From NCBI GenBank assembly GCA_963737905.1, contig CAVTUQ010000037.1, positions 64,001-128,000 of the forward strand: a DNA stretch of 64,000 nucleotides. The letters are read 5' to 3'. The notes under the pieces were generated by a model, which searched no databases, was not told the DNA's origin, and saw only the letters and a list, made by a program, of their open reading frames with translations. Both the position numbers and the translations under genes were made by a program. Shown here piece after piece: positions 1 through 11,459 of this stretch. The DNA is from an uncultured delta proteobacterium. Lineage in GTDB: Bacteria; Desulfobacterota; Binatia; UBA9968. Each line of letters starts with the position of its first letter. Position 1 is the first letter of the stretch.

Positions 1-1055
1 GGCGGCGGAATTTATAACGCCGGAGAGTTAAGCGTTGCTCGGACCAATCTAGTGAACAATCTACCCCTCGCGGCGGGGGACTTGCCAATTTTGGCGGAGC
101 CCACTTGAACCGAGTTTTTATTTGGTTAAACGATAGTTTCATTCATTTTCCGGGTTCGGGCGGGGGAGGCATCTTTAACAACAGCAGCATGGAACTCAGT
201 ATCCTCGCGAGCACGATTGCGGAGAACACGGCAGAAACCGAGGGCGCCGGTATCTTTAATGTCAGTGGTCGCGTAACAGTTACGAACTCAACGATCGCGG
301 GGAACCGGAGTGCATTTTTAAGCCTCGGGAGAGTCGGAGGAGGTATAAGCAATCAAGATCAACTGGAAATCCAAAACTCTATCGTCGCACTGAATACCGC
401 TGGTATAGCCCCCGATTGCAGCGGTTCTCCTTTGTCGCTAGGCCGTAACATCATCGGGGACACCTCTGGTTGCCTAATTATACTGAGACAGACGGATCTT
501 ACAGGTGATCCAGGGCTGGGAGAGTTAGTCGTAGAGGATCCTCCGGGTCGGGGTTACTATCCGCTCCTTGCGACTAGTCCGGCGATCAATTCCGGCAATC
601 CCGACGCATGCCCGCAGACTGATCAGCTTGGACTTCCACGACTAGGAAACTGCGATATTGGCTCGGTGGAATTTCAGGGCGGAAGAATGGTGGTTTCGGT
701 GGACATTAGACCCAAAAAAGACGCCAACAGAATCAATCCCGGCAGTAACAAGAATGTTAATGTGGCAATTTTCAGTGTCAATGGCTTTGACGCCACCAGT
801 GTTGATACAGGCACCGTTCGTTTTGGTGCGACGGGCGCTGAGGCAACTCCTATCGATGTTCGCCTGACAGACGTTGACGGAGACGGGCGCCGCGATATGG
901 TATTCCGCTTTCAAATCCAGGACACGGGAATTCAGTGCGGCGATACTTCGGCTTTCCTTGCCGGACAGATTTCTGGGGGGCCGTCTTTTATTGGTTCAAG
1001 TCCACTTACGACAGTACAGTGCAAGAAACCGCCACAACCCTTTGTATCGCGTTAG
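1..1055 (+). CDS. Surface/secreted beta-helix protein (GGGIxN repeats, choice-of-anchor Q-like region, C-terminal DxDGDG domain); 5' end outside window, frameshift near nt 60
   Basis: Frame 1 reads GGGIYNAGELSV; frame 3 continues GGGLANFG, GGGIFN, GGGISN, SPAINSG..TDQLGLPR..CDIGSVE and DVDGDGRRD. Confidence 0.7.
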
Positions 1056-1216
1056 CCTGTCTTAGAAGTGAAGCCACAGAGTCCGGCGAGTTATCCCGCC
1101 CACGAGGTATGAATCTCATCCGGGCCGCTCCTGGAAAGGATTCCACTACCACCGGATCTTATCTAGCGCGGCGGCCTATTGCTTCCTGACGCCGAGAATC
1201 CGAGCTAACGAACTGG

Positions 1217-2314
1217 TTAGTAGTTCTCGGCTCCTACCGCTTCCGTGATTGATCGGAATCCATCCCGTTCCATGAGACGGATCAGACCTCGGTTGATTCT
1301 TTTGACCGCCGCCGGCCCCTCGTAAATAAAACCGGTGTAGATCTGCACGGCGCTGGCGCCGGCTTTAATTTTTTCGTAGGCATCGGCGGCGGTAAAGATT
1401 CCACCTACGCCGATAATCGGCAGCTTGCCGCCGACCGCGCGATAAAGATGGCGCACAAAAGAAGTCGCTAAAGCGCGCAGCGGTTTGCCGCTCAATCCCC
1501 CGGGCTCCTGGCTGCCGGAAACCAAGGTATCACGCAAGAACGCCGTTGCGTTGGTGGCGATGATGCCGCTGATTTTTTCCGACATCGCCACCCCAACGAT
1601 ATCGTCGGCCTGAGAAAAGTCCATATCCGGAGCGATCTTGACGAGAATCGGCTTGAGTGCCTCTCCAAAGCGGGAGCTGAGTTGGACATTTTTCTCCTGG
1701 ATGGCCCGGAGCAATCCTTGCAGGAGACCTCTCGCCTGGAGGTCCCGCAACTCGGGCGTATTGGGAGAGCTCACATTGAGTGTAAAGAAGTCGCCATAAG
1801 GATAGAGCTTGTCGAATGAGGAGACGAAATCCGCCACCGCGTTCTTGGTCTCAACGATCTTGCTTCTACCGATATTGATTCCAAGCGGAATCTTAAGATG
1901 CGTTCCGTTCCCTCGGAGCGTCCTAAGCCTTTCGGCGATGGCGGTCGCCCCTTCATTGTTGAAACCCAATCGATTGATGAGCGCTTCGTCCTCCGGCAGA
2001 CGATAAAGCCGCGGTTTCGGATTGCCGGGTTGCGCCAATGCCGTTACGGCACCGATCTCGATGAAACCAAAACCAAACCCGGCGATGGTTCTTACTGCGA
2101 CCGCGTTCTTATCGAATCCCCCCGCCAGTCCGACCGGGTTGGGAAAGGTAAGGGGACCCACCCTGACCTGCAGCCTGGCGTCTTGTACACAGAATAACCG
2201 CTCTAAGACTCCTTCAAAGGGTTGGATTTTGGCGAGCAAAGCCAAAGTCTGCTCATGGGTCTTCTCCGGGTCGCCGAGAAAAAGCAGCGGGCGAATCAGA
2301 TTCTTGTAAAGCAC
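1217..2314 (-). CDS. pyrD: Quinone-dependent dihydroorotate dehydrogenase (class 2)
   Basis: NPVGLAGGFDKN, QPGNPKPRLYRL, NVSSPNTP, GGLSGKPL motifs. Confidence 0.97.
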   Translation of the reverse strand: MLYKNLIRPLLFLGDPEKTHEQTLALLAKIQPFEGVLERLFCVQDARLQVRVGPLTFPNPVGLAGGFDKNAVAVRTIAGFGFGFIEIGAVTALAQPGNPKPRLYRLPEDEALINRLGFNNEGATAIAERLRTLRGNGTHLKIPLGINIGRSKIVETKNAVADFVSSFDKLYPYGDFFTLNVSSPNTPELRDLQARGLLQGLLRAIQEKNVQLSSRFGEALKPILVKIAPDMDFSQADDIVGVAMSEKISGIIATNATAFLRDTLVSGSQEPGGLSGKPLRALATSFVRHLYRAVGGKLPIIGVGGIFTAADAYEKIKAGASAVQIYTGFIYEGPAAVKRINRGLIRLMERDGFRSITEAVGAENY

Positions 2315-2331
2315 AGGTTCTTCGATACAAC

Positions 2332-2376
2332 CCGTTCAAAACGTTCCAAAGGTTCAAGCAGTTCAAAACGTTGAAG
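2332..2376. repeat. 9-nt-period GTTCAA tandem array
   Basis: gttcaaaac gttccaaag gttcaagca gttcaaaac; similar arrays at about 3618-3645 and 13117-13242. Confidence 0.7.
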
Positions 2377-2412
2377 AAAAGAAGCCACAGTCAACCAAAG
2401 CGCAAAGGGCAA

Positions 2413-2572
2413 AGCGCGACGAAGCCGCAACCAAAATAAAAAGAGAGATTTAGCCGCAAAGAACGCAAAGGTCACAGAGAAGAATTATTTTTTTGTGTTC
2501 TATGCGTTCTTTGTGGTTAGTTCCTCCGATAGAAAATTTGCGCAAGCTGCGAAAGCTCTCGACATAGTAGTA
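2413..2572 (+). repeat. REP/MITE-like element copy A (GCCGCAACCAAA ... ATTTGCGCAAGC ... CATAGTAGTA) with internal hairpin
   Basis: Closely similar to the reverse complement of 3842-4008; ends shared with 14303-14530. Confidence 0.8.
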
Positions 2573-2615
2573 TAGAGAATAGAGCGCTTTGCGCTATGCC
2601 CTTAGCGAACTTTCG

Positions 2616-3593
2616 CTACCGGTACAGCTCCTTCAACAGCCCGCTCTTCTCGAGATTGTCGAGGAACCGCATGTCGATGAACTGTTCAGGCTTCGCCTCT
2701 TTTGCCGCGGGCACCGTCCTGGCCAAGTCATCCAGCGCATTTTTCATCCCTGCCATGTTAATGTAGGGAGCCCTCTCCAAAACCTTGCCGACGTAGAGAT
2801 CGTAGGCCTTCTGGAGGACGGCGGGGTCCTCGATTTTGGTGTACTTGGCGATGGACTTAAAGGTGAATTCTTTGTTGGTCTTGGCGCGGTGGATCCCTCG
2901 TACATAGGCGCGCATGAATCGATCGACCAGGTCCGGCTTTTTTTTCATGACGCCACCTTGCACGATCAATGACGGGTTGGGAAAAGCGAGATCCATATCG
3001 GTGATACTGACAAGTTCCTTAAACCCGAGTTTCTCCACTGCAAACAGAGTGGGCGGGGAAACTACGCCGGCTTCAATCGAACCGCCTTGGAGCCCACCCA
3101 TGATGGAGCTCATCGCTCCCATTTGTAAGATTGTCACGTCCTTCTGGGGATCGAGGTTGTGTTTTCTGAGGGCAAACCGCGCCGAGATGTCCGTGGCAGA
3201 TCCAAAACGCGTGACACCGATTTTTTTCCCCTTCAGGTCCTCAATAGTTTTTATCTCGGGTCGGACATAAATGGAAAAAATCAACTTGTTTGTGGTGTTC
3301 CCAACGACCTTGAGATCGGCTCCTTGAAGGGCGGCGGCCATCGCCGAACTGCCGTTCAAGGCGGCGATGTCAACCTCTCCGGCGGTCACTACCTGGGCGA
3401 GCTGGCTGCCGCTGGGGATAAGGATCATCTGGTCGTCCAACCCCTCCCTAGAGAAGAACCCCGCGTCGTGGGCAACCCACAAACCCAAGTAGGAACCGCT
3501 GATGGAGCTATAGCCGATGCGGATGTGATCGGCCGCCGTCGCCGCGGAAAAAAACAGCAGCACAAACCATGCGGCCAGGACCATGCGTTTCAT
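2616..3593 (-). CDS. ABC transporter substrate-binding protein, NMT1/THI5/SsuA-like
   Basis: Signal peptide, GFFSREGLD, DLKGKKIGVTRFGS; GAGG RBS before ATG 3593. Confidence 0.85.
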   Translation of the reverse strand: MKRMVLAAWFVLLFFSAATAADHIRIGYSSISGSYLGLWVAHDAGFFSREGLDDQMILIPSGSQLAQVVTAGEVDIAALNGSSAMAAALQGADLKVVGNTTNKLIFSIYVRPEIKTIEDLKGKKIGVTRFGSATDISARFALRKHNLDPQKDVTILQMGAMSSIMGGLQGGSIEAGVVSPPTLFAVEKLGFKELVSITDMDLAFPNPSLIVQGGVMKKKPDLVDRFMRAYVRGIHRAKTNKEFTFKSIAKYTKIEDPAVLQKAYDLYVGKVLERAPYINMAGMKNALDDLARTVPAAKEAKPEQFIDMRFLDNLEKSGLLKELYR

Positions 3594-3664
3594 AGAAACC
3601 TCATATGTATGCACCCGTGTTCAAGCCGTTCAACACGTTCAAGGATTAGGAGTCACGCTCAAAA

Positions 3665-3745
3665 GATTGGAGTGATGGAGTATGAGAGCATATGGCTGAT
3701 GGCTTATGGCATCATCCGGCTCGTACTCCAACACTCCATTTCTCC
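3665..3745. repeat. 8-nt TGGAGT/ACTCCA hairpin enclosing a 7-nt ATGGCT array
   Basis: 3679-3712 is the exact 34-bp reverse complement of 4866-4899. Confidence 0.75.
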
Positions 3746-3841
3746 CTAGACGCCTTACTCGGAGATTGCACCGCGGAGGCGCGGAGGGCGCGGAGTAGAG
3801 AATTTTTAATCAAAATACATTCCGGGACTCTGCGAACTCCG

Positions 3842-4008
3842 TACTACTATGCTGCGAAATTTTCGCGGCTTGCGCAAATTTTCTATCAGAGGGATTAACC
3901 ACAAAGAACGCATAGAACACAAAAAAGATAATTGTTCTTTCCTGCGACCTTTGCGTTCTTTGCGGTTAAATCTCTCCTTTACTTTGGTTGCGGCTTCGCC
4001 GCGCTGGG
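3842..4008 (-). repeat. REP/MITE-like element copy B, nested in a CGCGGAG 9-mer hairpin (3768-4020)
   Basis: Inverted copy of 2413-2572; it interrupts the arm ctctgcgaactccgt / tctctgcggtg. Confidence 0.8.
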
Positions 4009-4048
4009 TCTCTGCGGTGAATACGTCTTCTGTAAACCCATCCCCCGC

Positions 4049-4666
4049 TTATTTGAACGGGGCGCAGGCCGAGGGGGTCAACAACATGTTTTCCTGCATC
4101 ACCAGGAACTCTCGCGTCGCCGGCGGCCATCCTTCCACCGTCTTTGAGGCTTCGGCCCGGAGCCGCTCGCGTTCCCCGGCATCCTTATACGCCCAAACGT
4201 GAATATATTGATTGAGCGGCCCGACAAGCGTATGTCCGGCGAACACCAGCGGCGAGACTTTTGTGCGCCCCGCCATCACCTTGCCAAACCGTTCTAGCAC
4301 CGTCGGCATCGTGCCCGGCTGGTACGTATAGGTCCGGAACTCATAGAGATTGCCCAGCTTGCTTGCAGGTAACGGCGGCGAAAAAGGCGCTGGCTGGATG
4401 ATTTTGTTCTCCTGAGTGATGATGAATTCTTGGGTCTTCGGCGGCCACTTGCCGGTTTTTCTTGCTTCCTGGCCAATCCGCTCGCGGTCTTCAAAACTTT
4501 CATAGGGCCATATATGAACGACCCTATTGAGTCCGCCCACTTCGGACTGCCACAGGCCGAGCAGCTTCGAGAATTGCAGGCGCGCCGTGAGCCCCTCGGC
4601 GAAGCGCTCCACGAAATTGTTGGTCATACCCGGTTTCAACACATAGGTTCTCATCTCGAGAAACAT
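4049..4666 (-). CDS. NIPSNAP family protein (two domains)
   Basis: Two repeats: EMRTYVLKPG...VHIWPYESFEDR and EFRTYTYQPG...IHVWAYKDAGER. Confidence 0.9.
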   Translation of the reverse strand: MFLEMRTYVLKPGMTNNFVERFAEGLTARLQFSKLLGLWQSEVGGLNRVVHIWPYESFEDRERIGQEARKTGKWPPKTQEFIITQENKIIQPAPFSPPLPASKLGNLYEFRTYTYQPGTMPTVLERFGKVMAGRTKVSPLVFAGHTLVGPLNQYIHVWAYKDAGERERLRAEASKTVEGWPPATREFLVMQENMLLTPSACAPFK

Positions 4667-4789
4667 AGCTTACCTCCTTGGTAAAGTTTTCCTATCCTTC
4701 CCACATATGCCGGAATAATTGCAACAGTTTTATTGCCGGGCTTCCAACCGTTCCCAAACCGGATCGAATCTGCTAAGAGGCGATAATAG

Positions 4790-6043
<1,254 letters not shown>

Positions 6044-6045
6044 CG

Positions 6046-6310
6046 CCGGCCTATAGCCTATGGCTTATAGCGTATGGTTTCTTGGTACCGTCTATAGGCC
6101 ATCTATATGCGATAAGCGATTAGCCATGAATGAGGCATGAGCATATAGCTGATAGCTTTCGGGCGAATGACGGATATAGAGCTGAAACCATAAGCCATAC
6201 GCCATCCGCTATAAGCATCTGGCTCTCGGACATCGGCCTATCGCCTATGGCTTATAGCATATGGTTCCTTTGTACCATCTATATGCCATAAGCGATCAGC
6301 CATATGCGAT
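6046..6310. repeat. Cluster of three 7-nt-period hairpins (ATGGC/ATAGC versus GCCAT/GCTAT)
   Basis: First and third units are near-duplicates (ggcctat.gcctatggcttatagc.tatggtt...atctatatgc.ataagcgat.agccat). Confidence 0.75.
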
Positions 6311-6317
6311 TTCGGTC

Positions 6318-6357
6318 GCGCGCCTTGCCTCTGAGATCTTTTGAGCAGCCTGCAAAC
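6318..6357 (+). mobile_element. Right-end fragment of the MITE at 12284-12414
   Basis: gcgccttgcctctgagatcttttgagcagcctgcaaac matches about 12379-12417. Confidence 0.65.
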
Positions 6358-6389
6358 GGAGTTTTCGCAACCTGCTGGACTAGTCCAGA

Positions 6390-6806
6390 CTAGCGGCTCT
6401 GGAGTACTTGTCCCGCCAGATTCGTCACGCGATCGACGCGGATGATTACCGCGGCACCTTTTCGCTCAGGGTCTTTATCGATCTCATCCTTCACCGTCCG
6501 CGCCATGACTTGGTCTCTAAGCGCGCCTTGCTCGTGCAACGTCGCCGTACCATGGAAGCGCCAATTGACCCGGGTTTTGGTGTCTCGGAATAGAACGACG
6601 ACTTTCGGATTTGCCTGGACGTTCTTGAGATGCTGACGGCGAGTTCGTTCCCAATAGGCAAGGGACTCGTTGTCAAAAATCATCATGCTGCCTTTGTAGC
6701 CGATATCCGGCTCACCCTCGGCAGAAACGCTCGCCAAAATGCAGGGGGAACCGTTGGCTAGAGCAGGGTCGACCAAATTGCGCATATCGTCGGTTAGATT
6801 AATCAT
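6390..6806 (-). CDS. Pyridoxamine 5'-phosphate oxidase-like (FMN split-barrel) protein
   Basis: LASVSAEGEPD..KGS, KNVQANPKVVV, RFHGTA; AGGAGG RBS before ATG 6806. Confidence 0.8.
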   Translation of the reverse strand: MINLTDDMRNLVDPALANGSPCILASVSAEGEPDIGYKGSMMIFDNESLAYWERTRRQHLKNVQANPKVVVLFRDTKTRVNWRFHGTATLHEQGALRDQVMARTVKDEIDKDPERKGAAVIIRVDRVTNLAGQVLQSR

Positions 6807-6844
6807 GTTCTCCTCCTTGGAAATTGGTTTGCTGCATTTGTACC

Positions 6845-7516
6845 CTAAATTCGCCACTTCTCCAAGCCGTAGGCCTGATCCCAAAATAGGTACTCGTACC
6901 GGCTGCTGAGAAGAAAATGCGAGGACATTCGTTTTTTGGCGTCCCGTCCTGCGGTCGCCCCTAATTCATCCATCAGGTGAATCTGCTCGCGCAGCGGTTT
7001 CCAGTACTCCTCAGAGGCGTAAGTCTCGATCCATTCCCGGTAGATCTTTGGCTTGCCCGGACGACCTTTGTAAAGCCTTCTGCCGACTTCACCGTAGATC
7101 CAGTAGCACGGCAAGATGGCGGCAACGATGTCTCCCAGGCTCCCACCTCCTGCGACGGCCTGTAGGTGACGCGTGTAGGCCTCAGTGATGGGACCTTTGG
7201 GAAAGCGATCGAGCTCCGTCGCGGAGAAACCAACAGTTCTGCCGAAGCTGGCATGAAAATGACGCTCGACCTCGACGGCGATCAGCGCATGGCGCGCGAA
7301 GACTTCCAACGTTCGCAAATTCGGCGATTTCGCGCCTCCATGACAGAGAACCTGCGCAAAGTCCAACAAGTAAAGATAGTCCTGGAAAATAAAATAGGTA
7401 AAGCGCTCCATGGACAAGGTCCCGGCATGGAGCTCGCGTAGGAAGCGATGACCATGAATCGCACGCCAGATCGAATCTCCGCGACGCCGCAACTGCGCGC
7501 TAAATTTTTCTGCCAT
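6845..7516 (-). CDS. tenA: Thiaminase II / aminopyrimidine aminohydrolase
   Basis: QDYLYL, LPCYWIY with catalytic Cys, YREWIETY, YEYLFWD. Confidence 0.92.
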   Translation of the reverse strand: MAEKFSAQLRRRGDSIWRAIHGHRFLRELHAGTLSMERFTYFIFQDYLYLLDFAQVLCHGGAKSPNLRTLEVFARHALIAVEVERHFHASFGRTVGFSATELDRFPKGPITEAYTRHLQAVAGGGSLGDIVAAILPCYWIYGEVGRRLYKGRPGKPKIYREWIETYASEEYWKPLREQIHLMDELGATAGRDAKKRMSSHFLLSSRYEYLFWDQAYGLEKWRI

Positions 7517-7631
7517 AATAAGGATAAAACGGCTTGCAGTTTAGCCAATTTCTTTCTATATAGAAAGCCCAAGCACGTATTCCCGGTCTACACGAAAACT
7601 CGCTTCGACGAAAGCTGAGAAAGGAACAGCG

Positions 7632-8099
7632 ATGAATAAGAAGATAAAATTGCGCGTCAACGGAAAGAAGGTCGAATCGGAAGTTCCAACCAATCGTCTT
7701 TTGATCGATTTTCTGCGCTACGATCTCGGGCTTACAGGGACCAAAGAGGGTTGCAGCGTCGGCGTTTGCGGCGCCTGCACGGTTCTCATGGACGGCGATA
7801 TGGTGAGCGCCTGTTTAGAATTGGCCGTCTTCGCCGACGGTCATGACATCACCACTGTTGAAGGCTTGGCCAAAGATGGCGTGCTCCATCCGGTGCAGAA
7901 GAGCTTTATTCAGTACGGCGGTTTTCAGTGCGGCATATGCACCCCGGGTCAGGTGGTCGCGGCCAAAGCACTTCTCGATGAAAACCCGAGACCCAACGAG
8001 GATGAAATTAAGGACTGGATGATGGGCAACCTCTGCCGCTGCACGGGCTATTACAAGATCATCGAATCGATCCAGAAGGCATATCAATTCGCCAAATAA
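7632..8099 (+). CDS. Molybdenum hydroxylase small (2Fe-2S) subunit, CoxS/CutS family
   Basis: GCSVGVCGACTV, QCGICTPG, NLCRCTGY. Confidence 0.93.
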   Translation: MNKKIKLRVNGKKVESEVPTNRLLIDFLRYDLGLTGTKEGCSVGVCGACTVLMDGDMVSACLELAVFADGHDITTVEGLAKDGVLHPVQKSFIQYGGFQCGICTPGQVVAAKALLDENPRPNEDEIKDWMMGNLCRCTGYYKIIESIQKAYQFAK

Positions 8100-8110
8100 G
8101 GGACACAGCC

Positions 8111-9043
8111 ATGATACCTTTCGAATACCGCACTCCCAAAAACCTCAAGGAAGTCCACGCTACGCTGAAAGAATTCGGAACCGATGCGAAGCTTATTGCC
8201 GGTGGCACCGCATTGGTGATTATGATGAAGCAGCGTTTGGTCCGGCCGGGCTGTCTCGTAAGTCTTCGCTCGGTGCGCGGGCTCAATGCCATCGAGCTGA
8301 AAGACGGTGGTTTGCGTATCGGCGGTTTAGCCACGCATCGCGAAGTGGAAGATTCGTCACTGGTCCGCCGGCGCCTTCCATTGCTCGCCGAGACTTATCA
8401 CCACGTCGCGACGATTCGGATACGCAATAGGGCCACCGTCGGAGGGGGTTTGGCTCACGCGGACCCAAACCAGGACCCGCCGCCAACCTTGATTGCGCTT
8501 GGCGCAACCGTTAAAGCAACGTCGCCCAACGGAAGCCGGGTTATTCCTCTCGATGAGTTTTTCACCGACTACTATGAGACCGTGCTTAAACCTGACGAGA
8601 TCGTCACAGAGGTTTTCGTTCCGAAACTGGCCGCCAATACAGGCGGCGCCTACCTGAAGTTCCTGCCCCGTACAGCAGACGACTACGCAACGGTCTCCGC
8701 TGCGGCGGTATTGACCTTGGATAAGAATAAAAAAACCGTTAGTGATGTCCGGATTGCTCTGGGGAGCGTCGGGATTACGCCCATCCGAGCTACGGCCGCA
8801 GAAGCCATTCTTCGGGGTCAGCCCCTCAAGGCCGAAGCCTTCGCTGAAGCGGGAGAAAAGGCCAAGGAGGCCGTGGATCCCGTCAGCGATTTTCGTGGCT
8901 CAGCCGGGTACAAGAAAGAGATGGCCGGCGTATTCGTTAGGCGCGCCCTCGAAAAGGCCCTCGCTGCCATTCGTCAGTCAGCCCGAAGCAAGTCCGCGGC
9001 AAAAACAACCAAGAAGACGGTGAAGAAAAGGAGAAAACGTTGA
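8111..9043 (+). CDS. Molybdenum hydroxylase FAD-binding medium subunit, CoxM/CutM family
   Basis: AGGTAL, IRNRATVGG, SDFRGSAGYK; Lys/Arg-rich tail. Confidence 0.92.
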   Translation: MIPFEYRTPKNLKEVHATLKEFGTDAKLIAGGTALVIMMKQRLVRPGCLVSLRSVRGLNAIELKDGGLRIGGLATHREVEDSSLVRRRLPLLAETYHHVATIRIRNRATVGGGLAHADPNQDPPPTLIALGATVKATSPNGSRVIPLDEFFTDYYETVLKPDEIVTEVFVPKLAANTGGAYLKFLPRTADDYATVSAAAVLTLDKNKKTVSDVRIALGSVGITPIRATAAEAILRGQPLKAEAFAEAGEKAKEAVDPVSDFRGSAGYKKEMAGVFVRRALEKALAAIRQSARSKSAAKTTKKTVKKRRKR

Positions 9044-9492
9044 AGTTTACCCAGAGCGCGCAGATTCCGGTTGCCCGTGAGCCTCTTTGGAAGTTTCTCA
9101 TGGACGTGCCCAAGGTGGCGCAGTCGCTTCCCGGGGTTGAATCTGTGAGCAAAATCGATGACACGACCTATCAGGGGGCGCTGAAAGTCAGAGTGGGGCC
9201 CATCTCTCTCAACCTACAGGGAAAGATAATCGTCGAAGAACAGGACCATGAGAACTGGCGCGCAGCTCTGCGCGCCGAGGCGAAAGATCGTATGGCTGCC
9301 GGTGCCGTGAACGGCAAAACCAGCATGATGCTCAAAGAGTTGGGCGCCGATCAAACCGAACTCTTGGTGGAAACCGACGTCAATATTCTGGGGAAGATTG
9401 GGGAGTTTGGTCAACCCATCATCCGCAAGAAGGCCGACGCCATGCTGAAAGAGTTCGTAGAGAACATCAAGAAACAGTTAACTGGAAAATAG
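9040..9492 (+). CDS. CoxG/SRPBCC family protein
   Basis: W..L.D......SLPG, VRVGPI, GKIGEFGQPII; overlaps the CoxM stop codon. Confidence 0.85.
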   Translation: MKFTQSAQIPVAREPLWKFLMDVPKVAQSLPGVESVSKIDDTTYQGALKVRVGPISLNLQGKIIVEEQDHENWRAALRAEAKDRMAAGAVNGKTSMMLKELGADQTELLVETDVNILGKIGEFGQPIIRKKADAMLKEFVENIKKQLTGK

Positions 9493-10316
9493 GCCGCGGG
9501 AACTTTTTGGGTCCGTTGCCTCGTCGGCGTTCGAGTGCGCTCGCATTCGGCCCAATACACAATTGTAACAATCTTCGGCAAGTCTCTTTCTGCCTGCCGA
9601 GTTGTCTTCATATCGGGAACAGTCGATCTTCGGCCGGATCGTCACTCTCGCTTCGATCCGGCGCAGCGCGAGAAGCTTCCAAAAGTGGGGCACATCGGGC
9701 ATATCGTCGTAACAATAAACCAAGTCACGGTTGGCCGTCGAGATGGGTTGCTCGTCGATACTTTGATAAGCCAAAGTAAGCGGTACGATGATCGCCCGGC
9801 TTCTCAAAGGCGCCGCCAGCGGAGCGGTCTGAAAGGGCAGCATCCGCTCGCCATTGGTCGCGGCCCCCTCGGGAAACAGCAAAATATTTGCTTGTTGCTT
9901 AAGTTTCTGGCTGATCTCCTTAACCGCCAGCGGAATCAGGCCTTTGCTTTGCCGATTGATAAAAACGGTGCCGCAAAGTGTCGTCCACTGACCCACCACC
10001 GGCCAGCTTTTCACTTCCTGTTTTGAAACAAAAATGACCGGGAAAAGGCTTCCGAGAACAATCCCATCGAGATAGCCAAAATGATTGCTGATGATGACAT
10101 AGCCACCGCGTTGAAGCTGCCCGCGCGTCGCCCTCCACCGTTATTTTGATATTCAGAATTCTTACTCATTGACCAGGTAAAGCCTCGAATCCAGCGGCTG
10201 ACAATCTTCCAGCGGTTAGGAAGTCTTAGCACGCTGATGCACAAGTGCAGGACGACCAAGACGCCGAAGAAAAACAGCCCCAGGGAAAGAATAGCGATCA
10301 GCTTAATCCAGCGCAT
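9478..10316 (-). CDS. Lysophospholipid acyltransferase (PlsC family), two apparent frameshifts near 10165 and 10125
   Basis: Rejoined frames give RILNIKITVEGDA / QLQRGGYVIISNHFGYLDGIV...FVSKQEVKSWP...LFPEG (NHxxxxD and FPEG motifs). Confidence 0.8.
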
Positions 10317-10415
10317 GACACACCTGGGTTTCCATCACATCAAAACGGCCAATAGATTCAAGGCCCAACGTTTGAAGATCGAGCTTGCTAGACGCACGAT
10401 ATGTCTCTTGCAGCA

Positions 10416-10461
10416 TCACTGCTTATCTGCTCACTGCTTACCGCTCACGGCTCACTGTTTA
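10416..10461. repeat. 7-nt-period TCACTGC array (single arm)
   Basis: tcactgc ttaccgc tcacggc tcactgt. Confidence 0.55.
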
Positions 10462-10467
10462 CGCCAT

Positions 10468-11229
10468 CTAACGGTGCATCCACATAGGTTTTCTTTTCTC
10501 AAGGAAGGCGCGGATGCCCTCGTCCACATCATTGGTACGCAGAAGTTCGTCGCGATACAACTCTTCTGATCTTTTGAGCGCATCGGAAAATCCCCTGAGA
10601 GAAACTTCCCTTAGGCCTTTCAGTGCGATGCGCAAAACAGCGCCGCTCTTTCCAAGCAGCTCTTCCAATAGAGATGTAAGGCCGGTCTCCAGTTGATCGC
10701 TTGCCAGTACACGGTTGATCAATCCGATGGCGAAGGCCTCCTGAGCGGAAAACCTTCGTCCGGTGAGAATCATCTCCGCGGCGCGATGATAACCGATCAG
10801 CGAAGAGAAACGCGCCAAAGCGACCGGCGGATAACATCCCACATCGATTTCTGGCGTAGCGAAAGAACTATCGTCCGACGCAATAACAAAGTCGCAGGAA
10901 GTTGCCAATTCGCAACCTCCGCCGAGACAGACGCCACGAACCAAGGCAATGGTGACTTGAGGTAGAAGAAGAAGTTTGCGGATCACACCGTGCACGACGT
11001 CGAGCATCTCGGGAACATTTTCACGCGTGTGGTCACGGATATCAACGCCGGCGGAAAAGGCCCGTTGGCCAGCACCTTGGATGACCATAACATCGGTTGC
11101 GGTATTCTCTATGTACGCCGCCAGCACGCCGTCGAGCTCCCGCAACAATGAAATGTCCAGAACATTCAAAGGCGGCCGGTCCATTGCGATGCGGACCACC
11201 CGTTCTTTATTTTCAACCTTTACACCCAA
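10468..11229 (-). CDS. Enoyl-CoA hydratase/isomerase family protein
   Basis: AFSAGVDI, GGGCELA, PEIDVGCYP, EGIRAFLEKRKP. Confidence 0.92.
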   Translation of the reverse strand: MGVKVENKERVVRIAMDRPPLNVLDISLLRELDGVLAAYIENTATDVMVIQGAGQRAFSAGVDIRDHTRENVPEMLDVVHGVIRKLLLLPQVTIALVRGVCLGGGCELATSCDFVIASDDSSFATPEIDVGCYPPVALARFSSLIGYHRAAEMILTGRRFSAQEAFAIGLINRVLASDQLETGLTSLLEELLGKSGAVLRIALKGLREVSLRGFSDALKRSEELYRDELLRTNDVDEGIRAFLEKRKPMWMHR

Positions 11230-11399
11230 CGTTCGATATCTCCGAAAAGTGCCCCTCTCAACCCCGTAATCGGGCTTCGACGCCTACCCGAAGGCTGATT
11301 CCGGCACGCTCATCCTTAGCGAACTCCATGTCCTCACTATCCCAAATTTTTCTCGCACAAACGAGCCCCTCTTACAAGGAAAATTCCACCCGCGCGAGT

Positions 11400-11428
11400 T
11401 TGACAAGAAGGGGGCCAGACCTTACACT
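11400..11428 (+). promoter_or_regulatory. Sigma70-type promoter for the OmpA-family gene
   Basis: TTGACA-N17-TACACT. Confidence 0.65.
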
Positions 11429-11459
11429 TAGCTGCCTGTGAGCTGATAAGGAGGGTTTT

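Noticed and set aside
3692-4202. Short ORFs across the intergenic repeats (also 12255-12520, 13185-13427, and the extension 4805-4933)
   Set aside because: They are translations of repeat or MITE sequence; the real genes have better RBS-supported starts.
6046-6310. Possible CRISPR array
   Set aside because: Units are 7-nt degenerate tandem repeats in hairpins, with no constant repeat plus unique spacers and no cas genes.
7517-7631. TPP riboswitch upstream of tenA
   Set aside because: No TPP aptamer core recognised on the tenA strand; the gap is short and shared with a divergent promoter.
11258-11329. 23-aa minus-strand ORF upstream of the enoyl-CoA hydratase
   Set aside because: It has an RBS-like GAGGA but no informative features; it may be an indel-separated N-terminus or chance.
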